From Geosiphon pyriformis uo1 (Eukaryota > Fungi > Glomeromycota): 64,000 nt of DNA. The stretch covers positions 40,541 through 104,540 of the forward strand of contig JAAOMT010000294.1 of the NCBI GenBank assembly GCA_016748015.1. Reading direction: 5' to 3'. Positions 35,966-50,796 of the stretch are shown piece by piece (the stretch's first letter is position 1; each line of letters begins with the position of its first letter). Made by a program: the position numbers and the translations under genes. The notes under the pieces were generated by a model that was not told the DNA's origin, did no database searches, and saw only the letters and a program-made list of their open reading frames with translations.

Positions 35966-38900
35966 CTACACACCTATATAAACACAGGGACAACTATCTA
36001 GACCCAAAAAAAAAAGACAAGGCCTGTGATGGACAAAACTGATAGCAAAAGACTCAGCAATGCCAAGCATCTTCACCACACTATCTGAAAGCACAGAACA
36101 CACCCTATGTGACAAACCTGAAACTAAACAATTATTACCAACCAAGCCAGTCTTCTCCATGTCTGCTCTGAATTTAGATCTAACCAACCAAATCCTGGAT
36201 CAATACAGCTCAACCAAAAACCTCACAAACTCAACCACCACTTTGGAGACTTTTCCAGCATCCTCAAAAACACCCACTGCCTCAACAACCCAACTCTTTA
36301 TCACAAAACCCTTACACAAAACCAAATACCCACCAACATCCAAGCGACAAGAATTAAGAACTCTAAGAACAGAAGAGGAAAACAGATCACAATTGCCAAC
36401 CAGAGATGCCCAGCACATAGAAGCCTCTAGCAAAATTTCCGTCCAGGTGTGAACATCCTGCGAACAAGTAAAAACATGGTCTGGCAGTTCTACCTCCCCA
36501 TACAACAAACACTAAACACCTGGGTAACATTTATTATATAACCTTTTTCTGACAGCCACCGGCAATTTTTTGTGTACAGCTTTCATTAAATATGTTTGAA
36601 GATCAGCCAATTTCTGGCTAGTAAACCCAACAAGCATATATGAGTCAGGATGCCAGACCTTCGCCAAAGCAACCCAATCAAAATCCCCCAACATGTCAAC
36701 TGAGACCACATCCTGGTCTGGATTAGTCTCCCAGTGAGCACAACAAATAGATCTAAACACATCCCTAACAAAGTGGCAGGCATTGCCTGAAATCACAGTG
36801 TTCTCAGCCATCAAACAACACTCCCATACTCTTATTGGCAAAACATAGGAAGAGCCAGCAGCTTCACCTGCAAACTTATCAGCTCTCACGTTGCCAAGAA
36901 CACCAGCATGATCTTTGACTTTGACCCAACTCATACTGAAATCCTTATCCCTAATCAAGTTAAAAATATGCCTCCTTTCGATCCAGCAGTAATTACGAAA
37001 GTTCAGAACGAGAAACAATAACTCAGAAACACAAGCATCAATTGCAGCTTGGCTGTCGAGATGCAAAACCACAGAACAAGATGATGGAACACACTCTAAA
37101 GCCAGAGCAACAGCCTGCAACTCAGCCATAGTAGAAGATAAAAGGCCAAAAACCCTGACACCAACACTCAAATCTAAAGCTGGGAAGTACGCAGCAGTAC
37201 CACTCGACACATCACCAGATCCAGCATCTCTTAAGAGCCCATCTGTATACACCTCAAAACAGCCAGACCAAATCTCATGTAAACCATCCCGTACAGAAGA
37301 AAACACATCAAAGCCCATAATACTCAAACCACCAAAATGGACAGCACCAGTAAAGCCCAGAGAAAAAAAACTCTAATTCAGAAAAAACTTAGAAGTGACT
37401 GCAAACCAATGAAGCACAGGGCCCCATGGATCCAAACATTTCCAGTGACCAAAAGTCTTTCAATCCAACAACTCCCCCTTCTTATTGAAAAGCTGATCAC
37501 CAAAAGCAACACCAAAGTGTTTAAGAGACCGAACAGAACTAAAATAAAGAGATTCCCCAAGAATTGAAGACATCGGAAAATGGCCAGAATAATGAAAAGC
37601 ACTAAAAATGTTGTTTACCAAAGAAAGATTATTGTTCAAAAGAATCTTCACAACACCTGCCAAAAAATTGTTTACCAGACTAACACGCAACTTGACAGGA
37701 AATTGAAAAGGATCCAAAAGAGCCCAACCCAGAACCTGCAAGTCTAGGAATCTATGCTCAAACAAGTGGCCAAGAATGCCAGAGGCATTAGCAAAAGAGA
37801 TCAAAGAAGCCACCTTCCTCTCAAACTGCACTTGCTTAAAAGACTTCAGACCATACAGTAAAGGATGATGCAGAACAGAATCAGAAAAATCACGAGGCAA
37901 ACATGCTTTGGATTTGAGGCCCTTTCTGACCAAAACGTCCCACTTGCAGCACACACCAGACAAAACAAAACTAAACTGCATTCGATAACTAACAATGGGC
38001 TGTAAGACAGCTGAGACCAAATAGGAAAACTGTTTATCCATGATCGCTTTTCTGAATACCACATTGATGAAAAACTGAACATCTGAGTGAGCCTTGGCCA
38101 GATTGGATTTGGACAATCTTTCAGTTGACAAAAAAATTCCCAAATATCTGTAAGTCTTACCCTTCTTTGCAATAGAAATCAGCTAATCACTTATATTTAA
38201 AGAAGCAATCTTGACACCCTGATTAATTGGTATGGCCACTGTCTTCTTATTGTTTATAGAAATATTGTTGATAAAAAAGAACTTACTAACAATGTTTAAA
38301 GCATACTGCATGGAAGCCTGGCAATCTCCAATTCAAATCATATCATCCACAAAAGTGCCAGCTGCAAAGAAGGAAGTCATCCTATCACTATTCTCAATCC
38401 TGCCAGTTTTCACCACAAACTTAGTATTAACGCGATATCCACACAAATGCTTATGCCTTTTAATTTCACATAAAAGTGGATCATAAAAGATCCTCCAAAG
38501 AAGAGGCGAAAAGACTTTACCCTAATCAAGACCATCATGTACCCTATAACCACCTGAAAAACCAAAATCAGTCATCACTCTATTAACTCTATTTATATGG
38601 ATACTACCAAAAAAGCCAATAAACCTTTTACACATTTTGATACGACACAGGCTAGGTCTCAAGAGATGCCAACCAACAAAATTATATGTCTTGTGCATAT
38701 CCTGCAAAACCAACCAAAGTTTCCTATTTTTCTTAAGAACATCTTTGACCACCAATCCAATAGCAAACATAAGAGATTGAGTAGAAGTACCCTTCAGCAC
38801 TGAAAAATTGTCACCATGAAGAACGTCAAACTTGTCACATGTGAAGGAGATTCTGTCTAAGAGAATTTTGGAGAGAATTTTTCTGGCTGTTTCAATCAGA

Positions 38901-40657
38901 GCAATAGGGTGAGTATTCATTAAAATCCCATCCCAATTATAAGGTTTTGGTATCATTGAGACCCAGGCTTTCTTCCACAAAGCAGACACAGAACCAACAG
39001 ATAGACACGGATTCAACAACACCAAGAGACACTCTATCATCCTCTCACCACTATGTTTCCAAAGTTCATTAAGGATGCCGGATAAGCCAGCAGCTTTATC
39101 ATCAGGCAAATCACCAATGACCAAAAGCAACTCATTCAAACTGACTGCACTCATAACACCAGAAAAAGTATTATCCTTAACATGAGCCAAGGGAGCATAC
39201 TAATGGGCCCAAAGATCTGGCAGTACTGAAGGCACCACCTGCCTCCTCATTCAACCCTCCATAATTTCATCAACCTTCAATTTTACTTCCTTCAGCTCCA
39301 AAACAAGCTTATCATCAACAATCAAATGATCCAGAACAACCTTCCAAAAGGGCCGATCTAAAACACACCTAATCATGCTACCTTTGTCAGAACAAAATTT
39401 TTTCATGGGCTTCTCAATAGCATCCCTAATAGAGGTTTTCTGTAACAATTTCGATTCATACATCTTGGATTTCCTGTACCCTCTCTTGATGATTGATAAA
39501 AACTTGAGAATATTAACTCCTTTCCGATCAGACTGAACCATATCCACCAAAACAAGAGCCTTATCAGCATCTAACATAAACCATTTCTGCACAAGGCAAT
39601 CAAAATTAGAGGTATTAGCCAAACCAAAATTTTTGACAATTTTGATGATTAGCAACTCCAAGCCCAAAAACTTAAAGGAATGTTTGTTTTTTGAACACCA
39701 AAACTCATTAAACCAACACTGAGAAAATGTTTTGTTTGCAGAATTCACCAACACCTTTTTCAGCAACAACCACATAATATCCAAATTTAGCTCTGCAGCA
39801 GTGACATAAAATTCATCTATTACACCCAAGATCATGGCAGAGGAGCAGTCCTTAAAACGAGACCATCCAGCATCATCAGCATTTTTGATATTAAACTTTC
39901 AACAATTCTTGTTAGTCTGCTTGCGCAAGCTATTCAAATGGACATCTAAGAGTTCACCCAAACCAATAGAAACCATAACAGTATTGTGATCAGTATTAAA
40001 AAAGTCCGAAACAGAGCCAACCCTATGGCCAGCAACAGCAGAAACCAAATTCTCATTAACAAAGATGAAATTAATGGTTTTCTTGACCCCCCTAGAATTA
40101 TTCTATGTAGAAATCCCAATCAAAGGTTGGCCAACAAATAAATTGACCAAACTCAAACCCAAGCAGAATTTGAAACTTGCACTCCTTTCTGATCTATCTT
40201 TGTTGAAGTCACTACCAAGAACAACAAAGGTGCTGGAGTTAATGGCCTTAGCAATAAGAGAATTTACCTCAGAAGCCTGACCAAAATGAACACTAGAAGA
40301 GACATTGGCATACAAACCAATAACAGAAACCAAAAGTTTATTTCTGAACAAAAGCTGCACAGCAATAACCTGGCCAGAAACCTCCTCAACCTTAGAAACA
40401 TGACGAGCCAAAGAATTGTTCATGATAATGGCAACACCAGCACTAAAAAAACCAACATCCAAACCAAAAGTAAAAATTTGAACACCATCAAATTTATCCT
40501 TGATCCAAGAATCAATAGAAGATCTTAATTTTGTCTCAGTAACAAAAGACACTGTCAAACCAGATTTCACATGCCAATGGAGAACATCCACCTGCTTCGC
40601 AGGAATATTGATACCTCAGACATTACACATTGCAATTTTCCATATCAAAGCACTCAT
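35966..40657 (-). pseudogene. LINE ORF2 (endonuclease, reverse transcriptase, RNase H), disrupted
   Basis: CNV*GIN, TETKL, GSDFN (APE); HPIALIE, QDMHKTYN, FSPLLWRIFYDPL, FVDD (RT); YTDG, AELQA, LDSQ, GNVRAD (RNase H); C-terminal HVFTC. Confidence 0.9.
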
Positions 40658-42523
40658 TGAGAAGAAAAAGATAAGAGAGAACCCAAACCAGAACACAAAA
40701 GATCTAACCTAGCCAAAACAGAATTGACAAAAGCCTCCAGAGCTGACATTTTAGACTCCAAACCACCCATCTTGGTAGTTAGAACCTTCAAACTACTTGA
40801 ACTGAAACCAGCACCCAAATCAGCACTCGGAGGATGGGGAGTGGGTGATGCCAACTCACTGTCTAAAGCCATATCAAAATCCAAAACAGGGACCAAAGGC
40901 ACAGAGCCAACCAAAAGAGGAGCACCAGCAGATAGAACCATGGACACCAACTCAATAAAACTCAATTTTCTTATAATACCAGAAACCTGTTCAGTCAGCA
41001 GCTTAAGAGAGCATTCCAAAGATGCCAAACAAGTATTTAAAGAAGAATCATTAATTGTAGAAGAGGGAGAACTACCACTTAAACCTGAAATTGCAGAGGA
41101 AGAGAAGCCAACACCAAGATCAGAACCAGAAGGAGAGCCACCAGAAGAGGAAGCAAAAGAAACTACCTGAGCCCATGATTTGCCACCAAAGGCAGCAGAG
41201 CGAGAGATAGAAACATTTTTCTTTGCATATAATTTGGCCAACTGAAGATGATCTACACCAGGAGCACATTTTTTATTAAATAAACTCAAGAAATCAGAAG
41301 GTGACATATCTGACACATCACACTCTAGAGCTGAATGACCAAGATGCCCATACCTTCTACACCAAACCAAATCCAACCTAGCCCATGAGAGACAAACACC
41401 ACCAAAAACAGGCTCAGTAAGAAAAGCAGAATCCAGATCATTTTCAGATTCGAAGCTAACCACAGCACAATAAACTCTATTGCCAGTGTCTAACAAATAA
41501 TTAATAACACAAGTTTTGCCACCAGTATTATCCAAAAGATTACTAAGATCATGTGCAGTTGTTCCCACTGGCAAAGTAAACAAAAGCACCCTAAAATGAT
41601 CCCTAAAGGCCCAAATATCACGATCTCCTATGGCTTTTGCTACATGCACAGAATCTTTCCTGATTAGGAACAACTATTTCAAAGCCAACATATCAGCCTG
41701 ACTTGATTCGGTGAACTCCACCACAGCCTTCTGCCATAACCCAATTAGTTGCACTCTGATTGACTTAATTTCACCAAATTTGGCAACTATGGCAATGATC
41801 ATATCCTTTGGTGTGTTCATGAGAATTTCTTTGTCTCTTAAGATCACTGTTTACTATGATGTTATTTTCTTTGGCCAATGACATAGTCTTTTCCATGCTC
41901 TCTGATGAAGTAAACATCAATTAGATGATCTCTTTAAATTTTGAGGAAGTAGTGGCCCCCCCAAAACCATTGATTGTTGAAAATAATTTTCTGATAGCCT
42001 GAGTCTTGGTTGCTGATTTCTCCTCCATAGCAGATAGATTGATGTCCAAAGTGAACGATTTCTTCACAGCAACTTCCACTTGAGACTTAACAAATTTGAG
42101 GTCCACCCATACCTTTTCTAAAGAGAAAAACAAACGGAAAGGAAGAAAAACTTCCTCCTTATCATTCATGTCATAATTAATAGAGCCGAGAGGGAAACCG
42201 ACAACCGCACCAGTATTAAAACGCTTCACATTGGGTGTATTTATTTGGGAGTTAGAAGTGGCTCTACCATCAGAGGCTTTTCCATCCATATCCATGCTAG
42301 CATATTGTCTGTTCACACTAACAGACCCACTATCTTTGAGATTCTTATCCACACTTGAAAGTTTAACACTATTGAAAGGCTTTTTGACTTTTTGAATTGA
42401 ACCACCACTAACTGAACCAGTAGTTGAGACTCTGGCAGACCTTTTCTTAACACTAAAACCACTCATAATGGCAGCTGGTCCAACAACAAAAGGATTTGAT
42501 TCTTGTAAAATAGTGGAAGACAA
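40654..42523 (-). pseudogene. LINE ORF1 (gag-like, zinc knuckle), disrupted
   Basis: ORFs 41921-42523 and 40654-41673; knuckle C-RR-(Y)-GHLGHSALEC; C-terminal coiled coil. Confidence 0.8.
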
Positions 42524-43134
42524 TATGCAAAAACAGAAAAAACTTCTTTCAAAATTTGACTTTTTTTTAGGAATTTGGAATGAAGAAAAGAAAGAAGTTT
42601 TTAGAAGTTATAAATTGTTTTACATTTAAGTAAAACTTAATTTTAATAATAATTAAAATATTATTATTTAAATTTTTATTTTATTTAATAATATTGTTTT
42701 GCTTAGCAAAAACATTTATTTTTTTAATATTACATATAACTATTTTTTATATTAAACTACTTATTGTGAACAAAAAAAAGCTATTTTACTATTATTTAAA
42801 CAAAATTCAGTTTTTTTAAGACTATTTTATTGTTCTATTTAAGACTAATATATTAGTTTTAAGACTATTAATTTTAATTATTAATATTTTTGAACTATTC
42901 ATAAATAATTTCTAAAGATTATTTATTATAATAAATATAACTTAGTAAGATAATAATATATTATTAACAATTATATTCAAATTAAAACCAATTATTAATA
43001 AAAATAAACCAAATCTCTTTTTTTTAAATATATTTTTTTGGTATTTGACAAATTAATAGAAAAATAAATAAAATCTAGCTTACTTAAAATTTTAAAAATC
43101 TAGTTAATAAAAATTTTTCAAAAATATTTTAGAA

Positions 43135-46100
43135 TATTTAAATAAAAATTCAAAGCTAAAGCCATTAAACTAGGATTTAAAATAACATAAAATAACATAA
43201 AATAATGTGAAATAATTTAGAATAATACAAAATAAAATACAATAACATAAAATAATACAGAATAACTAATAATAACATAGAATAACTAGTTATAATATAA
43301 AAAAATGAAGCAATAACTGAAATAGTAAACAATAATTAGTAATAATAAACAATTATAAACAATTAAAAACAATTTTATAGAATTAGAAAATATATATAAA
43401 AGTAAATAATTTTAACAAATAAAAAAAACAATAAAAAAATAAAAATCAACTTTTTTTTAATATCTTAAAATTTTAGTCTAATAAATTTATACTTTAAATA
43501 TTTTTTTATTAATTTAATAAAAAAATCTTATTATTCAATTTTCTAGTACATAATTCTAATATTTTAATTGTTAAAATCAAATTAATTGCTTGTTTTATCT
43601 TTGTTTTAGACAAAATATTATTAACATAAATGCTTTTAAAATTTTAATAATTTAAATTAATTATTCTTAATTATAGCAATTAACAGAATATTAATTTTTT
43701 TTTATTTTTTTTTTTCTTGTAGAATAACAATATTAAAAATTAACTATTTGGAAATAGATTTTATAATAACTTGATAAAAAAAAGAGATTTTTTTTAGGTT
43801 TAAATATTAATTTTATTTTGTTAACTTATTAAAAAAATGAAAAACAATATTAAATTTTAGTAATTATACTTACTAGCTTAAAAAAAAACATAACTATAAT
43901 ATTATATTTAAAAAAACAATTTTTTTGTCTCCTATAACAAAAAAATTTAGTAAGTATAATTTTAAATAAGAAAATTTTCAGAAATTAATAACTGATTTAA
44001 TTAAAAAAACTATTTTATTTATACTTAATTGGGTTTTACTATTAAATTATAAGTACCAAAAGTTATAATTCTATCCTACCAAGTTTATTTATAATATTTG
44101 GTACTTTTTGTAAAGTTATAAAATTCATAAAGACAAAACACCCAAAAAATTTACAAAAATAACAACTATTAAAATAATTAAAAAAAATTATTTGTCTTTT
44201 AAAAAAACATTATATCAACACTTTTGAGAAGATTTAGGAATTCCAAAAAAAATATTTGTTATCAAAAGTGATTTTTTCTATTATATACATGCCAAAATCA
44301 ACTATTATTTAGGCAAAACAATAGATATTAAAAAACTCAAAGAACAAATTCATTAAAATTTGTTATTATATTTAATTTTAATCACCAAAAATACAATTAC
44401 AGAAATTTTTTTTTTTATTAACAAAAAATTATGATATATATACAAAATTGTTATTTACAGTTTAAATAAAATTATAACACAAAAATCTTATCTAAAAAAT
44501 CCAAATTAGATATAAAAAACAATATTTAACAGCAATTTATACAAAAAAACCTTAACTTACAACAAGCAAAAAGTTAAAAATTTTATACTATTAATACTAT
44601 TTTATTATTAGACTTTAAAAAACAAAATTTTATTAAATTACTTAATAATTTACAGCTAAAAACTTTAAAAACTTCTGAAAATCTTTATTTCTAAGACATT
44701 AACAAAAATTTTTAGACTAAATTATTAAGAACATATAAAATACTGTTTTAAAATCTTATCTTAACAACAAATACTATTTTTCAAAATACTACTACTTAAA
44801 AATAACAAATATTATAATTATTAATTAAATTAATAACTATTCTTTTAAGAAAAACATTACTATTTTAATCTATTATAACAATTAACAAAGAGAAACAATC
44901 AACTTTAAGTTTAACTAAACAAATAAACATATTTCTGTCAATTTTTTTTTATTAACAAATAAACAACTCTTTATTATTTTAGTTATAATATACAAAAACA
45001 TTGTTAAATTAGAAAAATTCTTTGATAAAAAAGAAAATACATATACATAGATTGTAAAAATTAAGAAAACAATTATAGTCAATAGCTAAAATAAAATCAA
45101 AACAATTTAAGTCTTACTTTTTTTTTTAATTGAAATTACAAACTTGTAATATTAAAGTCTTAATAAAAAACCAACTGATTTTGCTATTTTTAAACTTGTT
45201 TTTTTATAGTACTTTTGCAATTTTAATATTTTAATTTAATTACAAAATCAATTTAACATTATAAAACAATTATTATTTATTTTGGTCTATTAAATTCTAA
45301 CATCTTAATAATTTATAGAATATAATAATACTTGTCTATAACTTTAAATTAACAAAACAAAAAACAAATTACATTTAAGCTGTTAATTTAACCATAAATA
45401 AAACCTTTAATATTAATACAAAGCTTATTCAATTAAGTAAAAAATTAACTCAAAAAATTGAAAGATTTTTTGTAAAAAATTCAAAAGCATACTAGTCTTT
45501 ATAATACTAAAAAAATAACAATACTACAAAGTATTAACAATAATAATAACATTAATGATAACAGCAATTTTAAAAACAAAATCCTTATAACTGTTATTAT
45601 TATTAAAAATTTAATCATATTGTGAATAATTGTCACAAAAAAATATTTGATTAAAATTATAAAAACTAATATTAACAACAATTAAAATATTAACAACAAC
45701 CAAAATATTTACAACTTACAGAATTTCAATACTTTTTGTCTTAATATTAATAATTACAATATTTACTTTAATTATTACAGGATTATTATTAATACTTATA
45801 AACAATATTACAAATATTATTTTAATACTAAGCTTTATAATATAACAACTTAAGACTCTAAATTATTGATTATAATCAAGAATAACAAAGCAATAATAAA
45901 AATCAAATTCAATTTACTATAATACTATTTTAAAATATAAATTATAACAACTCATTATTCTAAGTAATATTAACAAAATATTCAAATCAGATTTTATATT
46001 TTAGTCTTATTAAAACTCCAAATTTTGGTAATACTGTATCTTTAAAAAAAAAAGCTGTAGTTAAAATTACCAATTTTTTCTTTTTTAACAATAATCAAAC

Positions 46101-49100
46101 TATTTTTAATATAATTTTTTCAGTTATAATTACTAAAAATAAAATGTTTACCACCATATTTTTATTTAATATTGACAATTTAAATGGTTTTAACTTTTTT
46201 AATAAAACTGCTATTAATCAGAACAAGTTAATTACAACAATATATATTAATATTATAATAAAACAAATAAACATTAATTAATACTTAATAATAGATTAAC
46301 TGACAGTATAATTATAAAACAATTCATGAATTAATTGAATTACTAAGTTAATTTAGCTATTACTGTTAAAATTGTTATGACTAACAGAAATACCAAAATA
46401 CTAATTAAAAAAATTAACAACTTTTTTTTAATATTAATAAAATTATAATTTTTATTAAAGTTTTAATAATAAAAGTAATTTAGTATCAAGTTTTAATTAA
46501 TAACAATTGATTGATTAAGGCTTATATTATTCTTGATTCAAATATTCAAAAGCTTCAAATCTTCTTTAATAGTTAATATATTTAAACATCTGCCATCTGT
46601 GAATATTTTAAAATAGCAATCCTTAAATTATCTTTTATCAAATTCAAAAAATCTATAATTTAGCTGATTTAAAAACATACCAAATTTTTTAGATTGATAA
46701 TTTTAGCATGAAACTACTATTGTCATTCATTTGAGAAGAAAAAAACAGACAAAAAGTTACAAACATTAATTTTTGCTTATGTATTACTAAATTAAAGAAA
46801 TTAATTTTATTATTTTTTATAATTAGTCTGTGTAAATTGTGAAAAAAAGTTATTTTTAATGAATATATATATAAAAAACAATAAAATATAGCCAATTGCT
46901 ATTAGATATTATTGTTGTTTTTATTTACTAAAACTATTTGAATACTTAAAATAACAAAACAAATAGAATAATATACTATGTTTTGTTTGTAAGAAAATTT
47001 TATTAGATGAAAAACTATAAAATAATATCTTTAAAAAAAAAATATGTAATAAATTTTGTCAATATACTATTTTTATTAATAACTAAATCTGTAAAAAAAA
47101 TTTTTTTACTATTGTTATTACTTATAGAAAAAAAAGTACCAAAAAAATAAAAAAAACAGATCACAAAATAGATCAATAAAAAGAATAATATTTAATAAAT
47201 AAGCATATTTTTAGAAATATGCACATTTTCAAAAAATAAACACATTTCCAGAAAATTATAGCATATTTTCAGGAATAAGCACATTTTCAGGAATAAGCAC
47301 ATTTTCAGAAAGTAGTATAAAAAAAAATAAAAATATGTAAAATTTCATATAACACAAATTATATATATATAGTAAAAATATTAGAAGCAAAAAAAAAACA
47401 ATAGCTAAAAACAAATAATTATCCAATATTTTTTTCTTCAAAAAATAGTTTTCTATAACTTAAAATGAAATTATACTTATATCAAATAAAAATATCCATA
47501 ATCATTAAATTTATGCTATTATTACTTGATTAAGAATTTTTATCATTTTTATACTATTAACAATTTATATTAATAGAATCCAATACTTAATTACACTAGA
47601 ACAATAATTTTTAATCATAGCTATTAATAAAATACTAATTTTTTATTTCTTTTTTTCTTTTTTTTCTTTTATTTTGTTTTCTTTGTTGTTTACTAATTGA
47701 TTAAAAAAATTAAGTACTAAATAATTAATATTAAAAATAGTCTGATAAAAAATCTGTGAAACAAAAATAGAAAACTTAAGAATAGTTTATCAGAAAAACA
47801 TAACTGCCAAACTAAACTAACCACTACACTAAAAAAAAATTCATAAAAGAAATCATTAATTAAATTTTTGTTTATTATACAAAAACTCAACTAAAATTTT
47901 TAAATAACAAAATCTTTAGAAATTATCATTATTAACAGTTATTGAGCATTAAGTTATGAATTTGTTATTTGTTTTAAAACCCTAAATAATCATCTGTAAT
48001 ATTGTTTATAGTTAAGCAATTAACCAGTGTTATTAAAGATTTTTCTATTCTTTTTTTAATATTATTAATGCTATTTTACTGTTAATTTTGCTATTAATAA
48101 AAGTCAGTAAACCTCTAATAAGTTAATTCTTTTTCTAAAATATTTTTTTATACTTTGAACTATATATGCTGTTAAATTTATAATAGAATAACCAATTCTA
48201 TGCAATTACTTATATAGTTATTTTACAGTAAAAATCAACTTTTTTACAAAAAATTTTAAAAATATGTATAATTATTTTGTAATAAAAATCAACTCTTTTA
48301 CAAAAAATCTTAATTGTAGACTATCTAATAATATAAAAAAAAAAGAAAAAAAATATAAACTAAAAAAAAATATAAAAAAATGTGTTAAAAAAGTTGTTTC
48401 ACATTTAGATTTGGAAATTGTTAATAATTACTGAAATTAATAGCTAATTAATTTTAAATTGTTAGTATAAAATAATCAATTTTGAACAAAAATAATTAAA
48501 AATTTTGTTTTTAAAATAAGTTTTATTGAAATTAATTTGTAAAGAAAATATTTAATAAAAAATTGATTTTAAGTAAAATAATTTTAATTAAAATATATTT
48601 TCTTAAAAAGAAAAGTTTTTTTTTATACAATTTGTTGTGATACTATTCTATAATCTAGCATTTTTTTTAAATATTTTGGTAACTAAAGATATATTTAGTT
48701 AAAGCACAGATTATTTTTGTAGATTATAAATTATATTAATAAACTATTAAATATTTTGTTAAATTATTAAATATTTTTGCAAATTTTGAATGCTATATAG
48801 TTTGGTATATTACATAATTTAATTATTGCAATTTTTAATTTTATTTGTGTTCTGTACAAATTAGATTATTAATTAAATAATAATTTAAATAATTTAATAA
48901 ATTAATAAGTAATAAATTAAAATAATAATATATGCTAAATAATAATAAAAATTATAAAAATAATTTCATTTTAAATAATATTTTAAATTTTGGTTAATAA
49001 TATTAACTAAATTTATATATTTATAGCAAAAATAAAATCTGAAAAATAACTACAATGAAATAAAAAAAAGCCATTATTACAGAGATATATACTATTAAAA

Positions 49101-49610
49101 ATGTTTTAATAACAGTCAAAAAGATAAATAATTTATTTACTAATGATCTTAAAGCATTTCAAGAATGTTATCAAGAATTTGTTTCTACTTAAAAAGAACA
49201 AAAACAAAGATTAGCTGATCTTAACACTAAATTATATAATTACTATTTAATTTTTTGTTACTTTTAATATTATAATAAATATAATCTTTTGTTTAATCTA
49301 TTTCTATAAATACTTTACTCTATTTTTAAGCTTAAAAAACTTTAAAAAAAGAATGTATTAGATACAAAAAACATAATATTTTAAAAGTCAAATATAATTA
49401 CTAAAATAAAACAATATCTTATTTATTCTAATTTTTAAAAAAATTAAAACTAAAATAATACAATAACAACAATAAAAAAATATGCTCTAAAAGAGCACAT
49501 ACAAATAATTTTAAATTTAATTTAAAATATTCTAAACAATTTTTTGTAATTATAGTACTCTATTTTTTTATAAAAATAGATTTTAAATTAGCTTTAGAAA
49601 TTGTTATTAT
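43135..49610 (+). mobile_element. Older, very decayed Gypsy copy (5' LTR about 43135-44096, PBS about 44099-44113, gag, protease, Cys-rich region, start of dUTPase), interrupted by later insertions
   Basis: LTR end tataata followed by tttggtactttttgtaa (decayed PBS). Colinear similarity to the minus-strand element at about 45000 (gag), 46230 (protease), 49150-49300 (Cys-rich) and 49480-49610 (dUTPase). Confidence 0.7.
47116..48001 (+). mobile_element. Solo LTR nested in the older Gypsy, 4-bp TSD TTGT, with an 18-bp tandem repeat (gcacattttcaggaataa) in U3
   Basis: Reverse-complement similarity to the LTRs at 49942 and 57236. Termini tattactta...catctgtaata; TTGT on both sides. Confidence 0.75.
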
Positions 49611-49941
49611 GATGTAAATTATTTATAGTTATCAAACAATTTATATAATTTTAAATTGTATTTAGTCTTCCAAGTTTAATAATATTAAAAAACTAAACTG
49701 TAAATATAATAAATTAAGTTCCTCTTTTTTACATTTATAGTTTAATTTTTTGAATTATATTATATTTTATAAAGTTATTAAAATTAGTCACTTTTATTAT
49801 TAATCTTTAATTTTTGAATGCTGATCAATCAGATTTTAGCCAATCAGCAATCATTAAAATCATGTTACTATATGATAAATTATCAAAGTATTATTATTTT
49901 CAGAAAAGCTTTCAATTAATATTAATTTAATCTTTAGATGA

Positions 49942-50781
49942 TATTACAGATATTTATTTGGGGTCTTAAAACAAATAACAAATCCATAACTTGGTGCTCA
50001 GTTAATATAATGGTGTTGATTTCTAAAAGTTTTTGTGATCTGAAAATTTTGGTGGATCTAAAGATTTTGTTGTGGAGTTCTTTGTATAATAGACAGAGAT
50101 TCAGTAGTGATTGTAGTAGTTTTTTGGAATTGCAATTCTGTCCAATTTCTTTTTTAGCTTGGCAGCCAGATTTATTCTGGCAGTCATGCTCTTCTGATAA
50201 GCTATCTGTTAATATATATGTAATTCTACCCTTATTTCTGGGTCTTTTACCAGACTATCTGTAACATCAATAATTTAGCACTTAATTTTTAATAAATTAG
50301 TAAAACCAAAAAAAATAACAAAAGAAAATAAAAAAAATAAAAAAAAATAAGAAATAAGCCAAGACAATTGCAAGTTAGTATTCCATCAATAGCTGTGATC
50401 AAGAGCTATTGTTTCAGTGTAATTAAATATCAAGTACTATCAACATGAAGTATTAATAGTAAGGAATAGATTAAGATGGTGAAGAATTATTTATTGATAT
50501 TTGTGATGTAAAAGGTTGCTTAGATTAAATCTAAGCTAAGAGGTTTGTCTTTTTTTCTTCTAATGCTACTACTATATATACATAATTAATGTTCTATGAG
50601 ATTGCTTATATTTCTGAGCAATGTGTTATAATTTCTTGAACAATGTGCTCTAATTTCTTAACATTGCTCCATATTGCTGAACAATGTACTATAATTTCTG
50701 ATATTGCTCCACATTGCTGAACAATGTACTCTCTTATTAGTCTACTATTTTTTATCTTTGTTTTTTTTTTTATAAGTAACA
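49942..50781 (-). repeat. 3' LTR
   Basis: Homologous to 57236-58039 over the R/U5 part; preceded by the PPT. Confidence 0.85.
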
Positions 50782-50784
50782 TTA

Positions 50785-50796
50785 TCTCTTCCTTTT
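50785..50796 (-). promoter_or_regulatory. Polypurine tract AAAAGGAAGAGA
   Basis: Purine run immediately before the 3' LTR. Confidence 0.75.

Larger units (their letters stand above)
35829..42600 (-). mobile_element. Near full-length LINE with ORF1 and ORF2 (APE endonuclease-RT-RNase H-CCHC), inactivated
   Basis: Poly(A) tail (T16 at 35829-35844) after ATTAAA. Domain motifs in canonical order. The 5' end is approximate. Confidence 0.93.

Noticed and set aside
36060-41170. Plus-strand ORFs within the LINE
   Set aside because: Antisense shadows of ORF1/ORF2 with no independent evidence.
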